This document shows, piece by piece, positions 1-11,100 of a stretch of DNA of 64,000 bases. The notes beneath the pieces are model-generated. The model searched no databases. It saw nothing but the letters and a program-made list of their open reading frames with translations, and had not been told where the DNA came from. Positions within the stretch are counted from its first letter, which is position 1; each line of letters starts with the position of its first letter. The stretch is from Nitrosopumilus sp. (GTDB lineage Archaea > Thermoproteota > Nitrososphaeria > Nitrososphaerales > Nitrosopumilaceae), in contig OZ241981.1 in assembly GCA_965204345.1 (NCBI GenBank), forward strand, positions 608,001-672,000. Direction: 5' to 3'. The position numbers and the translations under genes are program-made.

Positions 1-939
1 GATAAGCTGTTTGACATCAACTTGAGAGGACTCTATCAAGTGTAATGCTTCTTTAGTATCAGCATCAGATGCAGCATAACTAGTTACCAGAGTAATTTCT
101 TTGGAATATATTTTACTCATATTCAAATCCAGTTTTGCACCTTTTGAAGGAACGCCAAACATCACCACAGAGCCGCCTTTTCGGACCATATCAAAGGCAT
201 CCTCTAATGCTTTGAGGCTGCTAGTAGCCACAATTGCCACATCCACACCCTGTCCATCAGTATTATCCAAAATCTTTTGTTTTCTGTTTTCATCCATAGA
301 GTTGATGGATTCAGTTATGTTGAAGCTTTTGGCAAATTCCAGTCTAAAATCATTAACATCAAAACAGAAGATTTTTGAGAATTTTTTAGCATGTGCCAAC
401 ATCACATGCATCATTCCAGTGGGACCAACCCCAAAAATGGCAGCAGAGTCATGTTCTTGGTAAGAGAATTTAGTCCAAGTTCGAACACAGCATGCCAATG
501 GTTCAATCATTGCAGCTTCCTCATAACTAAGGGAATCAGAAATTTTTAAGATGCCGCCATGAGAGACACTCCAAGAGGGAACAACATATTCTTCTGATAA
601 TCCGCAAGGATTTAGATTGGTTTGAGAATATTTTTGACACATTGTTTCGTTTCCATGGTTGCACAAATGACAATCATAGCAAGGAACATGATGGTGAGTA
701 AATACCCTATCGCCTTTTTTAAATTCAGTTACACCAGAACCCACGTCTAAAATAATTCCAGAAGGCTCATGGCCTAAACGCATTGATGATTTACCATATT
801 GACCAAAGACTTTTTCCAAATCAGAGCCACAGATTCCGCAAGCTTGCATCTGAACTAAAACATCACCTGCTTGCAGGGAGGGTTTGTCTGTTTCATCTAC
901 AGAAATTACAGATGGCCCTTTAACGGATGCGGTTTTCAT
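1..939 (-). CDS. Zn-dependent (MDR family) alcohol/threonine/sorbitol dehydrogenase-like protein, 3' end outside window
   Basis: Hand translation from ATG at 939 (MKTASVKGPS...): catalytic Zn motifs CGICGSD and GHE, structural Zn CYDCHLC...C, Rossmann FGVGPTG. Absent from the ORF track because it runs off the window. Confidence 0.9.
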   Translation of the reverse strand, partial: MKTASVKGPSVISVDETDKPSLQAGDVLVQMQACGICGSDLEKVFGQYGKSSMRLGHEPSGIILDVGSGVTEFKKGDRVFTHHHVPCYDCHLCNHGNETMCQKYSQTNLNPCGLSEEYVVPSWSVSHGGILKISDSLSYEEAAMIEPLACCVRTWTKFSYQEHDSAAIFGVGPTGMMHVMLAHAKKFSKIFCFDVNDFRLEFAKSFNITESINSMDENRKQKILDNTDGQGVDVAIVATSSLKALEDAFDMVRKGGSVVMFGVPSKGAKLDLNMSKIYSKEITLVTSYAASDADTKEALHLIESSQVDVKQLI

Positions 940-971
940 AGTACAGTATTACAAGTATGATTATAAGTAGA

Positions 972-1265
972 TTATACGCCGAGGATTTTCTTTAGCATGA
1001 CTCTGTAGTCAACCTCACTTTTTTCACTTCCGGCTGCTGGCAATGCAAATACCAGAGTAGATTTTTCAGCCCTTAGGGCAGTTAATTCATCATTGATAGA
1101 TTCGGTAATATCATCACTTACCAGGATCAGACCGACATCAGAATCATCAGTTAGTGTTTTAATTTCTTGTAAAGCATTTTGTGGATTCTCAGAGATTTTT
1201 CCAGGTATGCCAGCTAATTGAAAGCTAGTTACAAAGGATTTACTGCCAATAGTGAATATTTTCAC
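972..1265 (-). CDS. atpF: A/V-type ATP synthase subunit F
   Basis: KIFTIGSKSFVTSFQLAGI...DVGLILV...LP...KKILGV matches subunit F. Likely start is GTG at 1265 (track ORF starts at 1310). Confidence 0.85.
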   Translation of the reverse strand: MKIFTIGSKSFVTSFQLAGIPGKISENPQNALQEIKTLTDDSDVGLILVSDDITESINDELTALRAEKSTLVFALPAAGSEKSEVDYRVMLKKILGV

Positions 1266-1352
1266 AGTTATGAATTCTGATTGTTCTAATTTAACCCTTT
1301 TTGGAGGCATAAGATCAGGAAGGTTGATTTAGTTTAGAAAATCAGGTAACTT

Positions 1353-1652
1353 ATGGCAGAAATTGATATTCAGAGAGTTGTCTATTTGTTCCTACATGGA
1401 AAAATGGATCTTAAGGAAAAAGCAACAGACGCACTAGTTGCAAAAGGATTTGCAGCAGATAAGGTAATCATGGCCTCGCCAACCAAAGTTGGAAACGTGG
1501 GAGATTACATGGCAATGTTATGGATGCCTCCAAACCCGGATCACATAAAAATTCAGCAAATTACCAAAGTTGAAGAGGTAGAACCAGAAGGAATGATTGG
1601 TCTTTGGAAAGGGGTTTCAAAAGATGATATTGACACGGCACCATTGGAATGA
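1353..1652 (+). CDS. hypothetical protein (99 aa)
   Basis: Clean ATG-start ORF with protein-like composition; no family recognised. Confidence 0.7.
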   Translation: MAEIDIQRVVYLFLHGKMDLKEKATDALVAKGFAADKVIMASPTKVGNVGDYMAMLWMPPNPDHIKIQQITKVEEVEPEGMIGLWKGVSKDDIDTAPLE

Positions 1653-1653
1653 A

Positions 1654-1908
1654 TTAACTGAATCCGGCACCAAATTCGTTACCTTTTTCCAATACATCCC
1701 CAGAATCAGAATTTTTTAATTTTCTATACAGCAATGTTTCATAGACTAGCTTCATAGCTTCTTCATCATCATCAAGGGCACAATCTTCTTTGATCAGATC
1801 TTTGTATTTTTCTAACTTTGCAACATCCTGTTCGTCAGGAGAAATATTATCATGCAGCATTATGTTTGCAATTTTTTCTATTTCAAAATTTTGTTGGTCA
1901 TCATTCAT
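1654..1908 (-). CDS. small acidic hypothetical protein (84 aa)
   Basis: ATG-start ORF convergent with the previous gene; ends in FGAGFS. Confidence 0.65.
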   Translation of the reverse strand: MNDDQQNFEIEKIANIMLHDNISPDEQDVAKLEKYKDLIKEDCALDDDEEAMKLVYETLLYRKLKNSDSGDVLEKGNEFGAGFS

Positions 1909-2112
1909 AACTATTCATATAATTTCTAGTTATTAACACATTCTAATTAATAATTACAAGTCAGAGATCAGCCCAGAAAGAAACATTTGAAATTCATCAT
2001 CATTAAAAGTAATCGTTTCAAATTTATTTTCACTCCTAAAGGAAAATATCTTTCTAGTTTGATTAATCAGAAATGCCTGTAAAATAGCAAAGAATAACAA
2101 AAAAATAATAAT

Positions 2113-5100
2113 CTAGCCCAACGGAATCTCTACTGTCTGTGTCAGTGTTCCCTGCTCAACGCCGTTGGTGCTAACGCTGATTGCGTTGCCGCCCTGCTGG
2201 ATGCCTCTCAAGGAGTTGACCTGCTCATCAGTGTGTGTAAACTGTACAAAGACGTTCAGGTCATCATTGCTGTCTTCCCTGCCATACCTGTCTGGGAATG
2301 CTATGGTAGTCACGGTTTGTCCTGAGATTCCAAGTTCCTTTTCTGCAAACATGTCTGGTACTGACTGCAACACCATGTATTGCGTTAGTGTCTTACCGGT
2401 ATCCTCGTTTGTAAATTCAATGTTGGTATTTAGGAATTCTTTGAGCACGTCTGGCAGGTCAACCTGTGTTGATCTGTCGTTGATTTTCATGCCTGATTTT
2501 TGAGATACTGCCACGTTTGCATCCTCAGATGCAATTGCAATTTCAGCAGATGTTGGAACTATAGTCCTGCTTCCGTCTCCTGCAACAATCTCAATTGTGT
2601 CACCGCCCAAGAGAACGCCCCTCATGGAGTTGACCATATCATCAGAGGATGATATCTGCAAGAAGAGGTTTGCATTGTTGTTGCTCTCCTCTGAATCTGG
2701 CCTGTCAGTTAGTGCAACGGTGGTAACTGTCTGTCCGCTGACTCCCAGTACAACTAGGGCATATTTGTCAGGGTTTGATTGCAGTGTCTGGAAATCAGTG
2801 AGTTTCATACCAGTGTTATCATTTGTAATATCAGTAAAGTCAGCAAGGAACTTGCGGACTGGCTCAGGTGTTTGTACCGGGGCCAGGCCAGGTATCGGTA
2901 CTGTTGGGAGATCAGTCATGGTGTCAGTTGGCAAATCTGCTTTAGAAGAGGGCTGGTCAGGTGTTACAACTGCACTGCCACCGGCAATAACAGGTGAGGA
3001 TGACTCGTATGTTTTTACAGATACAGAGCCAGAACATTCGGTGATGTTAAGTGACTTTGAATCAGTGGATATTCCTCTTGATATAATATTTTCCACTTGT
3101 ACGTGTACAAATGACTCGTTTGGTGAGAGGTTTGCATCAAATGAAATTCTTCCAGGATAGGACTGGTCATCAGAGCGTTCTGCCGTGATTATGCCGGCGT
3201 TGGTTCTAAGTTTTACAAACAGATTGTCAGTTACAGGACCAGCTATGACATTGATTGTGTTTGCCTCGCAGACATCCCATTGTACGTCGTACAAAACAGC
3301 TCCAGAGACACTGCCTGCAATAGATGAGCTGCCAGATGGAAGGGAGGAGCTACCGCCGCCACCGCCACCGCCACCGCCACCGCCACCGCCACCGCCACCG
3401 CCACCGCGGCTACTAGAAGGTGTGGATGGTGTAGGGTCTACAGAACCTATAGAGAATGAGCCAAATGAGCTAAAGTGCGTGGTCCAGATGATCATATCAG
3501 AGCCGTCACGAACAAAACATGATTCCAGTGTAGTGCCAGCTTCAAGATTAGTATTGGCAGTAGCCTGATTGACAGGAACAAATGGACATACAACTAGTGG
3601 TCGTGACTCTACAACGCCATCAGCGTTTTCTCCTTGGAAGAAGGCACCATCACGGCTTGCTTGGTCAGGCAATAGTAGCCTGACTGCCTGATCAAATGTT
3701 AATCTAGTGTTGCCATCACCAACTGAGAATGCCAGTCCTATCTCATCATTTGAGGTTGGAGGAGTAGCAGCATTAGTAGAAAGAGATGGAACTGTAATGG
3801 TACCATCCCAGTCATCAGATGAGCCGCTTACAACTATACCTGCAGGATAAGTGACAGTTACTGTTTGAGAATCAGAGACAGCAGAAGTAACTTTAGCTGG
3901 AGAATCAGAGATTCTCACACTCTTTACTCCGTTTGCACTATCATCAGCAAATGTTGGAGCGGTATTAAATTTAAGCAGTTGTCCATCAGTGGCGATAATT
4001 GTTTCAGGTAATGTATCATATATTACATTGAGGGTGATCAAATTTGAAGATGGTATATAGGTTATTACGCCATCAACGCCTCCAAGAGGGATATCGGCCT
4101 CAATGGCATCTCCAGTAGTGTTGATGGTAACGGTAACTGAATTAGATGTCTCGTTGGGGTTGCCTGCTGAATCTGCTGCCACATTTGCATTTATTGATAC
4201 GGTCACTGTTCCGTCTGTAGAGCCCCGAGCCACATCAAAGGTGTATGTGCTGGCATCAACTGTTACAAAGTTGGTTGCTGCCGGAGCATCGCCGTTGGCA
4301 GTGCCAGTTACTGTAATGTCATCTAGGACAAAGTTTCTAACGTCCTCGCTAAAGGTTGCAGTAAATGTTACGGGATCATCACCGGTAGTGGTGCCATCGG
4401 GAGGCGTGATGGATACTGTTGGGTTTACCATGTCCACGGTAATAATATGTACAGCATCTGTGTTGTCCTCTACTACCGCACCCTCAGGTATGGTTACTGT
4501 CAGCTCACCCTCTGTGGCGATGCCGTGTGTTACTGTAAAGTCATATTGGGTACCACTAGTTCCAGTAAAAGTAGTTATCAGGCTATCAGATACTTCAGTT
4601 CCGTTAATTGTCACGACAATATCAGATTGCTCAAATCCTGTGACATCCTCGCTAAAGGTTGCAGTAAATGAGATGGCCTCAGAGTTGGTAGGATCAGATG
4701 CACCTGTGCTCAGGGATACGTATGGGACAGTGGTGTCTACGGTGACGGTAACTGGGGCAGATGCGGTGTTGGGGTTGCCTGCAAGATCTGTTGCTACGTC
4801 TGCTGCTATGGATGGAATTACGGTTCCGTCTGATGAGCCCCGAGCAACATCAAAGGTGTATGTGCGGGCATTAACTGTTGCAAAGTTGGATGCTATAGGA
4901 TTGGTGCCGTTTGCTGTGCCTGTTACTGTAATGTCTCCTAGTTCAAAGTTCTGAACATCCTTGCTAAATGTTACTGTAAATGGTACCGTATCAAGTCCGG
5001 TGCTGCTGCCAATAGATGAACTGACAGAGACAGTTGGGGCAATGGTGTCTATTGTAACGGTAATTTGAGCAGATGCCTCATTGGAGTTGCCTGCTGCATC

Positions 5101-8100
5101 TGTTGCCTTTAATGCATCTATGGATACGGTCACGGTTCCGTCTGTAGTGCCGCGGAGAACATCAAAGGTGTAGACACTGCCTGTTCCACCAAGGTTGGAT
5201 GCTACTGGAGTACCGCCGTTGGCAGTGCCAGTTACTGTAATGTCAGTTAGGTCAAAGTCCTCAACATCCTTGTTGAATGTTGCCGTAAATGGTATTGTAG
5301 CAAGGTTGGTGTTATCATCTGCAGTCGTAGCTACAGAGACTGTAAGGGGAACAGTGTCTATTGTGACGGTAACTGAATTAGATCCAGTGTTGAGGTTGCC
5401 TGCAAGGTCTGTTGTTACGTCTGCTGCAATGGATGAAATTACGGTTCCGTCTGTGGTGCCGCGAGCAACATCAAAGGTGTAGATACTTCCTTCACCATTA
5501 AGGTTGGTTACCTCAGGACTTCCGCCATTGGCAGTGCCAGTTACTGTAATGTCACCTAGCTCAAAGTTCTGGACATCCTCATTAAAGGTTGCCGTAAACG
5601 TTACTGGGTCATCGCTGGTGGTAGTACCATCGGCAGGTGTGATGGTTACAGTTGGGACTATTCTGTCTACTGTGAATGTAGTGGCAGTACTTGCTGTGTT
5701 ACCCTCTACTACCGCATTGGCAGGTATGGTTACTGCTAGCTGTCCTTCTGCGGTGATGCCGTGTGTTACTGTAAAGGTATAGTCAGCACCGCTTCCACCA
5801 AATTCAGATATCAGGCTGCCAGGTGTGGCGGGATTTCCGTCAATTGTCACTACAATGTCATCTGCGATAAATCCTGTGACATCACTGCCAAATGTTGCCG
5901 TAAATGGTATGGCCTCAGAGTTGGTAGGATCAGTTACATTAGTACTCAGGGATACGGTTGCAACATCCAGATAGTTTATTGTAAGATCTGCAGTCGTGTG
6001 CCTGTTTCCATCAGAGAAGGTTGCCTGTACTGTACATGTTGATGCACCAGCAAAAGCATTGATAGGCTCAAAGTCAAACTGTCCGTTTGGCAGGATGGCA
6101 GAGGTAAAGTCCGTACAATCACTAGATGTGGGGGCAGAGACTAGTGTCAGTGTCTGGGTATCTGTGTAATAATTGTTAATGTCAAGTGTAACCTTTCGGA
6201 GCTGGCTTGATAAGACATCAACTGTCAGCGGTGTTGTAGTACGTACTGGTGCAGCATCCAGTACGACAGATATGTTTACAGTGTAGGCACCGCCTGTGCT
6301 GGCACCAGTACCATCAGAGATGTCAAAGGAGAGCGTACATGTCTCAGCAGCTGAGGATACAAACCTGAACGTATCAGAGCCAGCTGGTGGCTGCTGCGTC
6401 AGGGTTCCAGTACAGTCATCTGATATATTGGTGTATGAAAGCGTATCATCGTCGGGGTCTGTAAAGTGATCATCTAGAGAGAATGTTGGAGGAGCTAATG
6501 TGGGGTGCTCTAGGGTTATAACGGGTTGTACTGCTGGAACCGGTGGCAAAGAGTTTGGAATAGTAGTGTCTATTGTGACGGTAACTGGGACAGATGCGGT
6601 GTTAGAGTTGTCTGCAAGATCTCTTGCCACATCTCCTGCAATTGATACGGTTACGGTTCCGTCTGTCGAGCCGCGAGCAACATCAAAGGTGTATACACTG
6701 CCGTCTCCAAGAAGGTTGGATGCTACTGGACTGCCGCCGTTGACAGTACCAGTTACTGTAATGTCAGCTAGGACAAAGTTCTCAACATCCTCACTAAAGG
6801 TTGCCGTAAATGTTACGGGGTCATCACCGGTGGTGGTACCATCGACAGGTGTGATGGTTACAGTTGGATCTATTCTGTCCACTGTAAGTGTATGAGTATT
6901 TGCTGTGTTGCCCTCTACTACCGCATCGTCAGGTATGGTTACTGTCAGCTGTCCTTCTGCGGCGATGCCGTGTGTTACTGTAAAGGTATAGTCAGCACCG
7001 CTTCCACTAAAGGCAGTTAACAGGCTATTAGCTGCTGGGGTTCCGTCAATTGCTACAACGATGTCAGATTGTACAAATCCTGTGACATCCTCGTCAAATG
7101 TTGCAGTAAATGAGATGGTCTCAGAGTTGGTAGGATCAGTAGCAGTTGTGTCCAAGGATACTGATGGGACAGTGCTGTCTACGGTGACAGTAACTGGGGC
7201 AGATGCGGTGTTGGAGTTGCCTGCAAGGTCTGTTGCCACATCTGCTGCAATGGATGCAATTACTGTTCCGTCAGAAGATATGCCTGCAACGTTAAAGGTG
7301 TATGTGCGGGCATCAACTGTTGCAAAGCCGGATGCTGTGAGGGTGCCGCCGTTTGCGGTACCAGTTACTGTAATGTCAGTTAGCTCAAAGTTCTCAACAT
7401 CCTCGCTAAATGTTGCCGTAAACGTTACTGGGTTATCGCTGGTGGTGGTGCCATCGACAGGCGTAATGGATACTGATGGTCTTATTCTGTCCACGGTAAG
7501 TGTACGAGTACTTGCCATGTTGCCCTCTGCTACCGCACCGTCAGGTATTGTTACTGTTAGTTCACCTTGTGTGGTGATGCCGTGTGTTACTGTAAAGGTA
7601 TAGTCAGCATCGCTTCCACTAAATCCAGATATCAGGCCAGATGTGTCAGTTCCGTTAATTGCCACGACAATGTCCTCCATGGTGAATTGTGTGACATCCT
7701 CGTCAAATGTTGCAGTAAATTCGATGGCCTCAGAGTTGGTAGGATCAGCAGCAGTTGTGTCCAGGGATACTGATAGGACAGTGGTGTCTATTGTAAATGT
7801 AGCAGTAAATGCCTCGTTGAAGTTGCCTGCAAGATCTCTTATTGTACCTGTATTTATTGACACGGTTACGATTCCGTCTGAGGAACCGCGAGCAACACTA
7901 AAGGTGTAGATACCCTCAGATATGCTAAAGTCGGATGCTACCGGATTGCCGCCGTTGGCAGAGCCTGTTACTGCAATGACATTTGGTATGCTAAAGACAT
8001 TGATCTCCTCGCTGAATGTTAAGGTAAATGGTATCGTGGCAGCAGTAGTGGTGGTGCCATCGGCAGGTACAAGTATTATGACTGGAGATATCCTGTCTAC

Positions 8101-11100
8101 TGTAAGTGCATAAACACTCTCTATGTTGTCCTCGTTGACCACGTTGGTAGGTATGGTTACTGTCAGCTGGCCTTCTGTGATTCCATGTGCGACTGTAAAG
8201 GTGTAGTCAGTACCACCACTGGTTCCCTCAAAGCCAGGTATCAATTCAGACGCAGTTGTGGTGATGGCGACTCCGTCAGCTGCCACAACGATGTCACCTC
8301 GGTCAAATCCGGTTACATCCTCGCTAAAGGTTACCGTAAATGGTATGACAGCAAGATTGGTGATTGGATTGGCAGTAGTACCTATAGATGCAGTCAGGCC
8401 AGGCAGATACTGTACGGTGACAGTAGTCTCAATCTGCCTGTTGCCATCGCTTATGGTAAATTGCACGGTACACTCATCTGTTGTGGAAAACTGATTCGTC
8501 GGGGTAAAGCTAAAGCTGTTTGGGGTAATGTCAGATATGATAGAAGTCGTGCAGTCAGAAGAGCTCTGGGTGTCACCTATAATTGACAAGACCTTGTTGT
8601 CATCATAAAAGTTATTGACGTCAATGTTTACCGTGCGGGATTCGTCTGGCTGTACCTGTATGGTCAGATCACCTAGAACGGGTGCCGGGTCTGCTACCAC
8701 ATTTAGGATTGCAGTGTATGGCCTGTCGGTGGTCGAATCCGTGCCGTCTGAGATGTCAAAGGAGAAAACACATTCTTCTGCTGTGACAGATCTAAAGAGG
8801 AGCATAGAGTCAAGGGACACCACAAAGATTCCCTGACAGGAGGTAATGATTTCTGTAAATGTCACCTCGTCTCCGTCTGGATCCACAAAGTGATCAGAGA
8901 GGAGGATAGGCTGATCCCTTAGTGCCGGATACTCCAGAGTTATGATGGGAGGTACAGCAGGAATCGTAGGCAGCAAGTTGGTGGAGGTACTGTCTATGGT
9001 GACAGTAACATGACGGGGCAATGCCTCGTTGGGGTTGCCAGCAAGGTCTGCTGCCACATCCTCATCTAATGATACGGTTACTGTTCCGTCTGAGGATATG
9101 TCTGCAACATCAAAGGTGTATGTGCTGGCATTAACTGTTGCAAAGTTGGATGCTGTCAGATTGGCGCCGTTTGCTGTGCCTGTTACTGTAATGTCTCCTA
9201 GTTCAAAGTTCTCAACGTCCTCGCTAAATGTTGCAGTAAATGGTATGGTGGCAAGGTTGGTGATGCTACCAGCAGTCGAGCCGACAAAGACTTGTGGGGC
9301 AATGAGGTCTATTGTGATGGTGGTAGGACTGGGGGATGCCGTGTTGCCCCCTTGTACCACACCGGCAGGTATGGATACTGTCAGCTGTCCTTCTGTGGTG
9401 ATGCCGTGTGTGACTGTAAAGTCGTATTGGGTACCACTAGTTTCAGTAAAGGCAGTTATCAGACTACCAGGTGTGGCGGTGTTTCCGTCAACTGTCACGA
9501 CAATGTCGCTTGCGATAAATCCTGTGACGTCACTGCTAAATGTTGCAGTAAATTGTATGGCCTCAGAGTTGGTAGGACCAGATGCAACTGTCCCCAGTGA
9601 TACTGATGGGATAGTAGCGTCTATGGTGACGGTAATTGGTGCAGATGCGGTGTTGAGGTTACCAACAAAGTCTGTTGCCACGCCTTCTCCAATTGATACG
9701 GTTACGGTTCCGTCTGAGGATATGTCTGCAACATCAAAGGTGTATGTGCTGGCATTAACTGTTACAAAATTGGATGCTGTGAGGGCGCCGCCGTTTGCGG
9801 TGCCTGCTACTGTAATGTCATCTAGGACAAAGTTCTCAACATCCTCGGTAAATCTTGCCGTAAATGGTACCGTATCAAGGTTGTTGATCATGTCTGCTGT
9901 TGTAGCTACAGAGACGATTGGGGCAGTGGTGTCTACTGTGACGGTAACTGGTGCAGATGCCGTGTTGAGGTTGCCTGCGGCATCTGTTGCCACATTTTCT
10001 GCAATTGACACGGTTACGGTTCCGTCTGAGGAACCGCGCACTACATCAAAGGTGTATTCAGCACCAGATCCAAGAAGGTTTGATGGTGCTGGTGTGCCGT
10101 CGTTGGCAGTACCCGTTACTGTAATGTCAGATAACACAAAGTCTGCAACTGCCTTGTTGAAGTTTACTGTAAATGGTATTGTAGTAAGATTGGTGTTGTC
10201 GTCTGTTGTTGTAGTTACAGATACTGTTAGGTCAGTGGTGTCTATGGTGACGGTAACTGGTGCAGATGCCGTGTTGAGGTTGCCTGCGGCATCTGTTGCT
10301 ACGTCTGCTGCAATTGATACAGTTACGGTTCCGTCTGAGGTTCCGCGTACTACATCAAAGGTGTATTGAGCACCAGATCCTGCAAGGTTGGATGCTGCTG
10401 GAGTGCCGTCGTTGGCAGTACCTTCTACGGTAATGTCAGATAGCTCAAAGTCTGCAACTGCCTTGTTGAAGTTTACTGTAAATGGTACCGTATCAAGGTT
10501 GGTGTTCTCGCCTGCAGTTGTAGTTACAGATACTGTTAGAGCTTCGGTGTCTATGGTGATGGTAATTGGTGTAGATGCGGTGTTGAGGTTGCCTGCGGCA
10601 TCTGTTGCCACATTTTCTGCAATTGATACGGTTACGGTTCCGTCTGAGGTTCCGCGTATTACATCAAAGGTATATTGGGTACCAGATCCAAGAAGGTTTG
10701 ATGCTGCTGGTGTGCCGTCGTTGGCAGTGCCAGTTACTGTAATGTCAGATAGCTCAAAGTCTGCAACTGCCTTGTTGAAGTTTACTGTAAATGGTATTGT
10801 AGTAAGATTGGTGTTGTCGTCTGCAGTTGTAGCTACAGATACTGTTAGGTCAGTGGTGTCTACTGTGACAGTAACTTGGGTAGATGCGGTGTTGGAGTTC
10901 TCTGCTGAGTCTACTGTTACACCTGCTGCAATTGATGTAATTACCGTTCCGTCAGAAGCTATGTCTGCAACATCAAAGGTGTATGTGCGAGAATCAACTG
11001 TCTGAATGTTGGTTACTGTGAGGATGCCGCCGTTGGCAGTACCTTCTACTGTAATGTCAGTTTCGGTAATTGCTTCAACATCCCTGCTAAAGGTTGCAGT

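Noticed and set aside
101-463. 120-aa plus-strand ORF
   Set aside because: Antisense to the Zn-dependent dehydrogenase.
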